Of a DNA stretch of 64,000 bases, positions 38,232 through 48,096 are shown one piece after another. Location: the IMG/VR virus record IMGVR_UViG_3300008448_000014, positions 49,910 to 113,909 of that record. The stretch is one strand, 5' to 3'. A program made the position numbers and the translations under genes. Positions within the stretch are counted from its first letter, which is position 1; each line of letters begins with the position of its first letter. Origin of the DNA: a virus. Below the pieces are notes generated by a model that was not told the DNA's origin, ran no database searches, and worked only from the letters and a program-made list of their open reading frames with translations.

Positions 38232-41200
38232 TGGTAAAGTAAAATGCACATGTGGATGGAGCTGGAACAAATCTGATTCTAGTAAGAAAGATATGTATAT
38301 ATGTCATGAATGTGGTAGAGACAATAGCAACAACATGAAGAATGGTGGTTGGTTAGATAATTATGGAACACAAGAGAATTATAATGATTATAAAGTTTCT
38401 GCACCTGAAGGAATGGTAGGAGATGGATTCTCTAATGTAGGAAGAAATTATTCTCCTGCATGGGGAGGATCATTTCAAGAAGGAGGAGAAATCCCTAATG
38501 CACAAAGTGGTAGAGCTACAAGAGCTGATAGTCTTGCTGTATTTAATAACACAAGAGCTATAGATGATTATTATAGAAAACAAGGATATGTAAAAGAAAA
38601 AGTTAAAGATTCAAAAGATTATAAAGAAAGAATAAAAAATCGTAAAGAATGGGTTAATTCTTCTCAAAAATATTTAAAAGAAGCTAAAAATGTACCAGTT
38701 GATATTTTTTATACACAAACAGATAAAAATAAAAATATTGCAGAACAAAAAAAATATTTAAAAGAAGCACAAAAAAGACTTTCTGAGACTATTGATGAGA
38801 ATAACCCAAAAAACTATATTAAAAAATTAGAAGCTTCTAAAAAAATTTTTGAAACAAAAGCAAAAGATATAGGTAGATATGTAGATGAACAAAATAACCT
38901 TGTAGAAGGAAAGCCTTCTGTCGAAAAGTTTTATTCACCTATAGATGAAAATAAGTTTTATCAAAGAGAACAATCTCAAGGGTTTTTAGATTTAAGATCA
39001 CCAATGCCACTTTATGATAAAAGAATCACTCCTCAAGATTTATCTAGATTTAAATCTCCTAATTCAGTTTTAGGTGAACAGTTACTTGATAAAATAATTA
39101 ACTCAAAAAACAAAAAAGAAAGAGAAGCATTGGAAAAACAAATGGATGCTCTTGTTTATTCTGACAATGTAGAAATGTATGAATATGATCCTCTTGCTGT
39201 AATGCCTTTTGATATGGTTCCTCTTGAACAACAAGAGGAAAGAATTAGAAAATATGGTTCTAGTGGTGTGCCAACAAGTATTATACAACAACATCCTGAT
39301 TGGGTAAACTCTAACACTAAACCAATATCTAATCCAACAAAACATAACGTAGAAGGATTAAAACCAATGAATGTTGCAGGTTTACAAGATGTAGATAATA
39401 GATTTGAAACTAATTTAGATATTCCAACTCCTGTACAAAGAAAACCTAAGTATTATAACATAACAGATGTTAATAATCAATATGGTGGTGGAGATACATC
39501 ATATAGAGTTGATAGTTTAGATGAGCTAAGAGAACTTCCAAAAGAACAATGGGATAGAAAAATCACTCCTCAATATCAAATGGGTGGTAATATATATCCA
39601 GTTAATTATGTTCCTCAAGCACAAGGAGGAATGTCTATGCCAGGTGCTGTTGGTTTTTCATATGCAAGAATAGGAGCTCCTAGTAAAGGACCACGTAGAA
39701 ATCAAACTGATGTTACAGATGCTTCTGCACAGAATGGTAAAGAAATGCAATACTATAGAGAAGGACTTGATTGGAAACCTAAGAGTATTGGACAAGAAGG
39801 TACACAAGTAGTTAATTCTAGACAAAAGAGAGGACTTGATTTATTAGTCAAAGAAACTAACAATGCTAAAAAAGATAGAGAAGAATTAAATACAACAGGA
39901 CAAATAAAAAAACCACGTTCTTTACATTATAAAAAGCTTACTCCAAAACAACAACCTACATTATCACAAGATAAAATGTCAGTAGTTGATAGACAAAAAG
40001 CTAATAATGCTATGGAGCAAGTAAATAAAGAGCAATTAGGCGTATTAGAAAGACCTCTTATTTATCTAGCAAGTCCTGAAAAAGTTTTAGGTGATATAGG
40101 TGTACCAGGAATGGAAACTTCAGAAGAAGATAGACAGAAGATAATGGTTAATAGGTATAACCCTTATCAGTCAAATGAAGATAGGTTAAAGAATACCATT
40201 GAGATGGGCCTAGGGTATGTACCTGAAGCAACAGTAAATACAGGATTAGCTATGATGGGAATGGAAAACCCAACAGTAGGAAAATTAGCAAATGAAATTT
40301 TTAACCCTTTAGCAGGAATTAAAACAAGTATATCTCCTGAGTTAAGACAAGGATTACAAACTAATGGGTTTTTAGATATGTTTAAATCTAAAAAACCTAC
40401 AAATATATCAGGACAAGATTGGTTACATAAATGGAACAATGATCCAATTACATTAAATAAAATAGCTGAACGTGAAAAATTATCAGAAAGTTTTTCTCAT
40501 CCTCGTTTTGAAGAAGCTTTTCCTGAATATCCAGTTATTAGAGAAGGACAGTTAGCAGACAAAGAACTTAATGATATAAAAACTAAATTTATTAATAGTA
40601 TTAGTAATGAAAGAAGTTTTCCAATTAATACAGATGTAAAAAAAATTCCTGTATTAAGTTATGAAGATTTAAAAATAAATGACCCAAAAACATATGAAGA
40701 ATCTATAAATACAACTGTAGGTGTATCACCAGGAAGAGGTAAGGTATATATAGATGATGCACAATTTAAAAACCAACCTTCAAAAACAAAAGAATCAGCA
40801 ACTGTTCACGAACTTACACATTTTTTAGAAAATAATGGAAGTAATTTAACAATTAATGAACAAAAAGAATTGTTAGCACCTTTTGGTAAAAATAATTTTC
40901 AATTGGATAGACCAACTTGGGATGGTAAAATTTATGATGAATCATATTATACAGAACCAACAGAAATACATGCTAGAATGAATGAAGCAAGATTTCAGTT
41001 AGGGCTTTCTCCAAAAGACAAATTTACTGAAGAAATGTTTAATAAGGTATCTAAAGAAAATAATTGGGAAGGAATGGGTGAATATATAAAAGATAAAAAA
41101 GGATTTATAGATTTAATGAATAATTTTTGGGCTGTTCCACCAGTAGTAATAGGAGCTGGAGCATTACAACAAACTAATCAAGAAGAAGCTCCACAAATGA

Positions 41201-41511
41201 AAAAAGGAGGAATCATTAAAGATGATAGAGGACAATGGGAACACCCTGGAGAAATAACAGAAATCAATTCTCCATATATAACAATGAAAGGAGTACCTTA
41301 TCCTGTATTAGGAATATCAGATACAGGAGATATGCAAATGATGTACCCAGAAGAAGAATATGAATTTGATGGAGAGAAGGTTACAGAATACCCAATGGCA
41401 AAAAATGGAAGAAGACAAGAACAAAAAGGTTTGGTTAATCTAGACAATCTACTTAACTTTACAAATTATAATAAACCACAACCAGGTGGATGGTTGAACA
41501 AATACAATTAA
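38224..41511 (+). CDS. Virion cargo protein with N-terminal Zn ribbon and zincin-like metallopeptidase domain
   Basis: CxC...CxxC; HELTH (40807-21) plus downstream PTE..AR; repeated xxGG motifs. Confidence 0.65.
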   Translation: MSSGKVKCTCGWSWNKSDSSKKDMYICHECGRDNSNNMKNGGWLDNYGTQENYNDYKVSAPEGMVGDGFSNVGRNYSPAWGGSFQEGGEIPNAQSGRATRADSLAVFNNTRAIDDYYRKQGYVKEKVKDSKDYKERIKNRKEWVNSSQKYLKEAKNVPVDIFYTQTDKNKNIAEQKKYLKEAQKRLSETIDENNPKNYIKKLEASKKIFETKAKDIGRYVDEQNNLVEGKPSVEKFYSPIDENKFYQREQSQGFLDLRSPMPLYDKRITPQDLSRFKSPNSVLGEQLLDKIINSKNKKEREALEKQMDALVYSDNVEMYEYDPLAVMPFDMVPLEQQEERIRKYGSSGVPTSIIQQHPDWVNSNTKPISNPTKHNVEGLKPMNVAGLQDVDNRFETNLDIPTPVQRKPKYYNITDVNNQYGGGDTSYRVDSLDELRELPKEQWDRKITPQYQMGGNIYPVNYVPQAQGGMSMPGAVGFSYARIGAPSKGPRRNQTDVTDASAQNGKEMQYYREGLDWKPKSIGQEGTQVVNSRQKRGLDLLVKETNNAKKDREELNTTGQIKKPRSLHYKKLTPKQQPTLSQDKMSVVDRQKANNAMEQVNKEQLGVLERPLIYLASPEKVLGDIGVPGMETSEEDRQKIMVNRYNPYQSNEDRLKNTIEMGLGYVPEATVNTGLAMMGMENPTVGKLANEIFNPLAGIKTSISPELRQGLQTNGFLDMFKSKKPTNISGQDWLHKWNNDPITLNKIAEREKLSESFSHPRFEEAFPEYPVIREGQLADKELNDIKTKFINSISNERSFPINTDVKKIPVLSYEDLKINDPKTYEESINTTVGVSPGRGKVYIDDAQFKNQPSKTKESATVHELTHFLENNGSNLTINEQKELLAPFGKNNFQLDRPTWDGKIYDESYYTEPTEIHARMNEARFQLGLSPKDKFTEEMFNKVSKENNWEGMGEYIKDKKGFIDLMNNFWAVPPVVIGAGALQQTNQEEAPQMKKGGIIKDDRGQWEHPGEITEINSPYITMKGVPYPVLGISDTGDMQMMYPEEEYEFDGEKVTEYPMAKNGRRQEQKGLVNLDNLLNFTNYNKPQPGGWLNKYN

Positions 41512-41513
41512 TC

Positions 41514-44500
41514 ATGAAAGCACAAATTTTAAAAATCGCTGGTGTTAAATCTGAAAAGGAGTTCTACAAGAAGTATCCTTCTGAAGAAGCATTCATGAAA
41601 AAGCATGGTAAAGAGTTTAAGAAAGCTCAAACAGCTAATGCTATTGATAAAGCACAACTTGGTGCTGATATAAATAAAAATGGAATTCCAGATTATTTAG
41701 AGTTAAATCCTCCTACTTCTAATCAAGCATTTGGTCCACAGAATCAATGGAACTTTGGTAACAACATATCAAACACTCCTTCATTTGGTGCACCTAGTGT
41801 ACAACAAATGGCTGATAATACTTTCCAGCCTGCAGCAGATCCTTTTGCTATGCAAAACTATGGTAATCAATTTGTACAAAATAATCCATTACCAGCTAAC
41901 AATCCTAATTCACAATTTTCTAATAGTGTATTTCTAGAAGATAAATCTGTTACAGGTGGTTTAGGTGGTAAAGATTATGGTAAAGGAGATGGTATGTCAA
42001 AAGCTATGCCTTATGTTAATGCAGGTATGGATGTTATACAAGGTATTAGTGAGATTAAAAGACAAAAAGAAAGAAAAAGAGCAGCTAAACAAAATTCTTT
42101 AGTTACAGGTAAATTAGCAGAAGCTGAAGAAAGTGTTGATGTAGATGCTGAAAGACAACGTCAAGACTACGCTACTAGAAAAAGAAATGCTTTTATGGCT
42201 CCTCAAGTAGGAGAATCTTTATTTCCTGTAATAGGTGTAGGTTCTAACCCTCTTGCTCAATATGGTGGAGAGATACAAAATACATATGCTCCTAAATATG
42301 ATATATATGATGATGGAGGATATGAACCATTAAATGATAGTGATAAAGTTAAAACTTATCAAATGGGTGGAAACTTTTCTGAAAAATATGGAGAATATGC
42401 ACAATATGAGCCATATGCTACAGCATTAAGTAATAGATTCTTAAATCAAGGTGGACAACCTGATGCAGGTTCTATGATTGGTGGTGGAATTGGTAGTGCA
42501 GCAGGTACAGCTATTGGAGGACCATTAGGAGGAGCTATTGGTAAATTTGCTGGCAGTGCTATTGGTGGCCTTATTGATACTACTGATAGAGATATTAAAA
42601 AATTTCAAAATGAATCTCAAAGAAACATAGGTAGAGTAACAGGACAAGCTTTTCGTAAAGGAATACAAGACCAAAATCAATCTTATATGGAAGATGGTGG
42701 CTATGTAAGTAATGATTGGACTCCACAAGTGATTGCTAAATTTGGTGATCACACAGCAGAAGACTATTATAACTATGCTCATGAATATGATACACTAAGA
42801 GCAGGAGGACATGTTAAGTCTGAACAATACACACCTGTAAGTAATAGAGGAATGGAAACTGCTGCATTAGGTGGTAGTGTAAAAACATTATGGGGTGGTG
42901 AAGTTAAACCAATTTCTTATAATCCATATATGCCTAACTCTGGAGAAACAGTTAATTTCTATGGACAATCACATGATGATGGTGGTATAGGTGTTAAATA
43001 TGGACAAGGTGGTGAATCTCAACAAGGAGAAGAAGCTAGTGTAGAAGTAGAAAGAGGAGAACCTTCTTTTGAGATGATAGATCCTAATACAGGAAATCCT
43101 ACATTAAATGTTCTTGGAGATAGAAAGGTACATGCTAGCTTTGCAAAGCAATTAGGTGATCCAGATTTGATTAAAATTGCTAAACAATATGATGGTAAGA
43201 AATTTAAAAATATTGGCTTAGAACTCTCTAAAAAAGAAAATAAATATACTTCTGTAATTGATAAAAATACTAAAGAGTTAAATGATTTAACTCCTAAAAA
43301 TCAATTTGATAAATTAAAGCTTAATGCATTAGAAAAAAATATTGAAGGAGCTCATTTAGGTCTTAAGCAAATTGCTGATACTAAAATGACTCTTACACAT
43401 TTTCAAAATGCTATTAATGATACAGCTGATGAACTAGGAGAAAACTTAGGGAAAGATATTAGCTCAAGTAATCTTAATAAAGGAAAAGTTATGTTTGGAA
43501 AAGACAAAGGACAAATTGCTAAATATGGTGCTACAGTTAAAAAAGCACAAGATGGTACTACTACAAGTACACCTAAGTTAACAAAAGAACAATATCAAGA
43601 GTTACAAGATGCTTATATAAAATCTAAAGTTGCGCAGAAGGGTCCTGAAGTTGAAGGTTTTCAAAAATTGTTTCATAAATATTTTCCAAAAGAAGCTGTA
43701 GATATTATTAAGAAAGCTGGAAAAGATAGAGGTATTACAACAAGAGGTGTTGAATTAGGATTAACTAAGGAAGAGTTAGAAAAAGGAGAAAACTCTGCTA
43801 AGATATTAGGAAGTAATGAGGAAGGTATATTTGGTCCTAGAACTGAACAATATTGGAAAACAGCTAGTGATGCATATAATCAGTCTCTTACTACACCAGC
43901 AATTACACAAACAACTGCTGCTAAGCAAGAAGAAGATAAAGTTTATGATGTTAAAGCTAATAAGAGAAATCCTTATATTGATGCTGGTAATCAAATTCTT
44001 AGATATTTAAGACCTAGTGATGCTGAAGAATTAGATCCTAATCAATTATATGGAGAACTATATGGTTTAGCAAATAATCAAGTTGAACCTGTACAAGCAC
44101 AATTCTATCGTCCAGAATTAAATGTTCCTTATGATATTAATAGACAAGCTGCTAAGAATGATTTAGTAGCACAAACAAGAGCTGCTCAAAGAATGGTTGG
44201 ATATAATCCAGCTGCACAAGCTATGATTGCTGCACAGGCTTATAATCCTATGCAACAATTAAATGAACAAGATTTTATAGATAATCAAAGAATGAAAGAT
44301 CAGGTGTATTCTGGTAACAGAGCTACATTAAATGATGCTCAACTTAAAAACTTAGCTATAGCTGATAATCAATATACAAGACAAGAAGCAGCTAAGAGTA
44401 ATACTAAAGCAATTAATCAAGCTGCTCTTAATTCTATTGCTAGTAAATATGCACAAAACAAATTAGAAAACAGAACATTAAGAACATATGAGAATATGTA

Positions 44501-44753
44501 CAATTATAGATTTGGTGATGATTTTGTTGCAGATAATTACAATGGAATATTCCAAGCTAATATGCCTAGTGTATATGATAAAGGAAGTAAGAAAGCTAAT
44601 ATGGTTCCTGTACTTAACTCTAAAGGAGAAACTATACGTTTTCAAGAAGTTGATGCAACAGAAGATGAACTAACTCCTATCCCTTCTTTAGCTACCAACC
44701 CTATAAAAGCAGCTAAAAATGGTTCTATTGTTAGTGCATACAAAAAACTATAA
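41514..44753 (+). CDS. Virion cargo/ejection protein with glycine zipper
   Basis: Start moved to MKAQILKI; GGGIGSAAGTAIGGPLGGAIG zipper; G.SH..GG and EVE.GE motifs; Gln/Ala-rich helical C-terminus. Confidence 0.65.
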   Translation: MKAQILKIAGVKSEKEFYKKYPSEEAFMKKHGKEFKKAQTANAIDKAQLGADINKNGIPDYLELNPPTSNQAFGPQNQWNFGNNISNTPSFGAPSVQQMADNTFQPAADPFAMQNYGNQFVQNNPLPANNPNSQFSNSVFLEDKSVTGGLGGKDYGKGDGMSKAMPYVNAGMDVIQGISEIKRQKERKRAAKQNSLVTGKLAEAEESVDVDAERQRQDYATRKRNAFMAPQVGESLFPVIGVGSNPLAQYGGEIQNTYAPKYDIYDDGGYEPLNDSDKVKTYQMGGNFSEKYGEYAQYEPYATALSNRFLNQGGQPDAGSMIGGGIGSAAGTAIGGPLGGAIGKFAGSAIGGLIDTTDRDIKKFQNESQRNIGRVTGQAFRKGIQDQNQSYMEDGGYVSNDWTPQVIAKFGDHTAEDYYNYAHEYDTLRAGGHVKSEQYTPVSNRGMETAALGGSVKTLWGGEVKPISYNPYMPNSGETVNFYGQSHDDGGIGVKYGQGGESQQGEEASVEVERGEPSFEMIDPNTGNPTLNVLGDRKVHASFAKQLGDPDLIKIAKQYDGKKFKNIGLELSKKENKYTSVIDKNTKELNDLTPKNQFDKLKLNALEKNIEGAHLGLKQIADTKMTLTHFQNAINDTADELGENLGKDISSSNLNKGKVMFGKDKGQIAKYGATVKKAQDGTTTSTPKLTKEQYQELQDAYIKSKVAQKGPEVEGFQKLFHKYFPKEAVDIIKKAGKDRGITTRGVELGLTKEELEKGENSAKILGSNEEGIFGPRTEQYWKTASDAYNQSLTTPAITQTTAAKQEEDKVYDVKANKRNPYIDAGNQILRYLRPSDAEELDPNQLYGELYGLANNQVEPVQAQFYRPELNVPYDINRQAAKNDLVAQTRAAQRMVGYNPAAQAMIAAQAYNPMQQLNEQDFIDNQRMKDQVYSGNRATLNDAQLKNLAIADNQYTRQEAAKSNTKAINQAALNSIASKYAQNKLENRTLRTYENMYNYRFGDDFVADNYNGIFQANMPSVYDKGSKKANMVPVLNSKGETIRFQEVDATEDELTPIPSLATNPIKAAKNGSIVSAYKKL

Positions 44754-44794
44754 TAATTTTAATTAAAATGAATTAACTAATTGCATTATGTAGT

Positions 44795-44826
44795 ATTGGA
44801 AGATTTAATTTTTTCTATTACATTTG
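44795..44826 (+). promoter_or_regulatory. Probable Bacteroidota-type promoter
   Basis: ATTG-N20-TACATTTG upstream of 44843. Confidence 0.65.
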
Positions 44827-44842
44827 CTAATAAATATTTGAT

Positions 44843-45463
44843 ATGGCTTCATTTACAGGAATTATATATTTAACAACAAATTTAATAAATGGTAAAATTT
44901 ATATAGGACAAAGTTTTTCTACTAGTTGTTACTATAAAGGAGGAGGAAGTGCCTTAAAAAAAGCTATAGCTAAATATGGTAAATGTAATTTTAAAAAACA
45001 AATTTTAATAGATAATGTAGAAACAGCTAATCAATTAAATTGTTTAGAAAAATTTTATATTAAATTATATGATTCTTCAAATAAAACTATAGGATATAAT
45101 ATAAGAGAAGGTGGTGAAAATAAAGCTTTTAAACACACAAAAGAAGCAAAACTTAAAATTATAGAAAGAAGTAACCAATCAGATAATAAAAAAAGAATAA
45201 AAGAAATACAAAAATTAGCAGCAATTTCTAGAGTAGGAACACATCATACAACTTTTTCTAAATTAAAAATGTTAACAACAAAATTTGGAAGATTAAAAGA
45301 AATTGAAATTTATGATAAAGAAAATAATTTATTGTATACTTGTAATTTTTCTACAGAAGCTGAAAAATTAACTAATGTTAAATCATCTGGTATAAGAAAT
45401 AACCTATCTGGATTATCACAATCTGCAGGTGGATTTGTTTTCAGATATAAAAATATAAAATAA
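44843..45463 (+). CDS. GIY-YIG homing endonuclease with NUMOD-type C-terminus
   Basis: GIIY.TTNLINGKIYIGQ, Y.G.G, E..YI, GYN motifs; C-terminal SAGGFVFRYK. Confidence 0.9.
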   Translation: MASFTGIIYLTTNLINGKIYIGQSFSTSCYYKGGGSALKKAIAKYGKCNFKKQILIDNVETANQLNCLEKFYIKLYDSSNKTIGYNIREGGENKAFKHTKEAKLKIIERSNQSDNKKRIKEIQKLAAISRVGTHHTTFSKLKMLTTKFGRLKEIEIYDKENNLLYTCNFSTEAEKLTNVKSSGIRNNLSGLSQSAGGFVFRYKNIK

Positions 45464-48090
45464 TGAGTTCATTTACAGATAACCCTCAAGCACTTTCCAC
45501 ATTTAATCCATACATTCAACAGCTCCCTGTTGAAGCTATGGTTAAAGTTGGTATGCAAAAACAACAACAGTATGATGAGGGTATACAAAAAATACAAACT
45601 AATATAGATAACATTGCTGGTCTAGATGTTGTAAGAGATGTTGATAAAGCATATTTACAAACTAAAATTAATGAGCTGGGAAACAATTTAAAAATTGTAG
45701 GAGCTGGAGATTTTTCAGATTTCCAACTTGTTAATTCTGTTAATGGAATGACTACTCAAATAGCAAAAGATCCTAATGTTCAAAACGCTGTTTCTTCTAC
45801 AGCTAAACTTAGAAAAGAACAAGCAAGAAAAGAAAAAGCTATACAAGATGGTAAGTCTTCTCCAGATAATGAATGGTTTTTTGGTAAACAAGTTTCAAAT
45901 TATTTAAATGATTCAAATTTAGATCAATCTTTTAATGGCCAATATATAGAATATAAAGACGTAGATAAGAAACTTAGAGCTTTAGCATCTGATTTACAAA
46001 AAGCTGGAGTTGATACAACTATTGATAATCCTTTTAAAAGAGATAATTTAACAGGCAAAACTCTTTATTATAATAAAGATGGTTCTGTTTCTACAGACCC
46101 TTCTAAAGGGGGTACTCCTCAAATTGCTACTTCAATGCTTAAAACAACAGTGAGGGGGGTAGGTGCTGAAAAAATATTAAATAACTTTTATGACAGTTTA
46201 GATGAAGGAGATAAAAGACAATTAAACATTACAGCTCAGTATCACTATAGAGATTCTACTCCTGTTACTTTTCAAAATGATATTATTAGAACATATGATC
46301 AAAAGAAAAAAATATATTCAGAAGCTATTGTTGATGCTTCTGTAAAATTAGTTACAGCAGATCTCACGAAAGAACAAAAAACTATTCTTGAAAATGAAAT
46401 AAATAAAGCAAAAGCACTTGTTTATGATGGAGGTCTTGATAAACAGATGCAAGAAGATATAGCTGCTGTTGATACAGAAGCTGAAGCAGATGCTTACAAA
46501 TATAAAATATATACACAGAAGTATTTAACTAATCTTGCAAAAGATGTGGCTAATGAAACTGTATCTACAGAATATAAAGATAATCCAGATTTTAAAGCAA
46601 TGATGGATCAAAAAAGATTACAGTTTGATATTCAAAAACAAAATCAAGAACATCAAGAATGGTTAGCAGGGCATTTATTAGAAAAAGATAAATTTGCTTA
46701 TGAAAAATTAAAAGATGCTAAAGCTGATGCTGCTAATCAACCTTTAGTTACACCAGGACCTTTAGATACAAATACACCTAAAGTCTATTTAGATGATGTA
46801 TGGGCTGAGATTCAGAATTTAAACAAAGATAAGCAAGAAACTAATAATAAATATGGAAATGTTATATTTCCAAATTTAAAAGGGGAAGACAGACAAAAAG
46901 CTTTGGATAAGTTATATGATGATTACAAACTAAATCCTAAAAAATCTTTAACTCCTAACCAAAAAGAATATCTTAAAGAAAGAGGAATTTTAGAAACTAA
47001 CTTAGCAGATAAAAACAATTTATATAAAGGTGCAGTTAATTCTACTAAAAATTATAATGAATATATTGATAATATAGTAAATAATGAAAAAGGGGTTATA
47101 AATACAAGAACTGGAAAAGTTATGTATAGTGCTTCAACTATGTATAAATTGTTTAATGAAGCAATTAATAACCATTCTTCTACAGCATCTACAACAGATG
47201 CAATGGGAAATGTATATTCTACTAAAACGTTATCTCCAACATTTTTAAATAAATATAAAGGTACTGGAAATTATGCTTTAGCTAAGTCTATTTATAATGG
47301 ATATAATGGTGCTGGAATGAGTGGGGATGAAAAAGTAATATATAATAAAATTCAACAAATTTCTAAAAATGTTAATTCTAAAGTAAAAAGTACATTAAAA
47401 GAACAACAAGAAAAACAATCACAGTATATAATGTCCAAAATGCCAGAGTATCAAACTCAGGTAGGTACAATTAATTTAGCTAATGAAGGTGTAGTGAATA
47501 AATTAAATGCATTATTAACATTAAAAGCTACACAGTATGAACAATATGGAGATTTAAATCAAGAAAGACCAGATGATTATGATCCTGATGAAGTTGTTAA
47601 AATTAGAAAAAATGAATCTAAATCAGTAGGGTATCAGATAGTAAAAAAATATGATGGCTCTGCTACATTAATACTTACTGATGGTGCTAAAGTTCAAAAA
47701 GTTCCTGTGTCACAAGCAGAGATGAATATTTATTTTCCAGAATACTCTAGAAGAAATATTGTAAGTGATATAAAAAGTGCTGTAATAGCTTCTCCTAATA
47801 TGACAACAAACTTAGCTGGAACTATGGATCCAGTTAATGCAAGAATGACAGGATTTAGCTTACCTGGACTTTCAGGAAGTGGTCTAGAAGAAAAAACTAG
47901 ATATGATGTTATAGGAAGTCCTTTTAATAATGGTAGTGATAATGACAAATTTCAAGTTGTTATGTATTTTAATAGCTCAAAAGGATGGGTTACTAAAGTT
48001 GTAAATGAATCAGAATATGTAACAGAACAAGGGGTAAGTAATATAATAAACAATATTAGTCCTTATACAATTAATACAATGTTAAAATAA
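45463..48090 (+). CDS. Virion cargo protein preceding the RNA polymerase
   Basis: FNPYIQQLPVE...KQQQYD N-terminus; helical; synteny. Confidence 0.65.
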   Translation: MSSFTDNPQALSTFNPYIQQLPVEAMVKVGMQKQQQYDEGIQKIQTNIDNIAGLDVVRDVDKAYLQTKINELGNNLKIVGAGDFSDFQLVNSVNGMTTQIAKDPNVQNAVSSTAKLRKEQARKEKAIQDGKSSPDNEWFFGKQVSNYLNDSNLDQSFNGQYIEYKDVDKKLRALASDLQKAGVDTTIDNPFKRDNLTGKTLYYNKDGSVSTDPSKGGTPQIATSMLKTTVRGVGAEKILNNFYDSLDEGDKRQLNITAQYHYRDSTPVTFQNDIIRTYDQKKKIYSEAIVDASVKLVTADLTKEQKTILENEINKAKALVYDGGLDKQMQEDIAAVDTEAEADAYKYKIYTQKYLTNLAKDVANETVSTEYKDNPDFKAMMDQKRLQFDIQKQNQEHQEWLAGHLLEKDKFAYEKLKDAKADAANQPLVTPGPLDTNTPKVYLDDVWAEIQNLNKDKQETNNKYGNVIFPNLKGEDRQKALDKLYDDYKLNPKKSLTPNQKEYLKERGILETNLADKNNLYKGAVNSTKNYNEYIDNIVNNEKGVINTRTGKVMYSASTMYKLFNEAINNHSSTASTTDAMGNVYSTKTLSPTFLNKYKGTGNYALAKSIYNGYNGAGMSGDEKVIYNKIQQISKNVNSKVKSTLKEQQEKQSQYIMSKMPEYQTQVGTINLANEGVVNKLNALLTLKATQYEQYGDLNQERPDDYDPDEVVKIRKNESKSVGYQIVKKYDGSATLILTDGAKVQKVPVSQAEMNIYFPEYSRRNIVSDIKSAVIASPNMTTNLAGTMDPVNARMTGFSLPGLSGSGLEEKTRYDVIGSPFNNGSDNDKFQVVMYFNSSKGWVTKVVNESEYVTEQGVSNIINNISPYTINTMLK

Positions 48091-48096
48091 TAGATT

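Noticed and set aside
44843-45463. Group I intron around the GIY-YIG gene (also considered for both HNH genes)
   Set aside because: No room for a ribozyme core around the GIY-YIG or the 37557 HNH, and the genes flanking all three are complete ORFs
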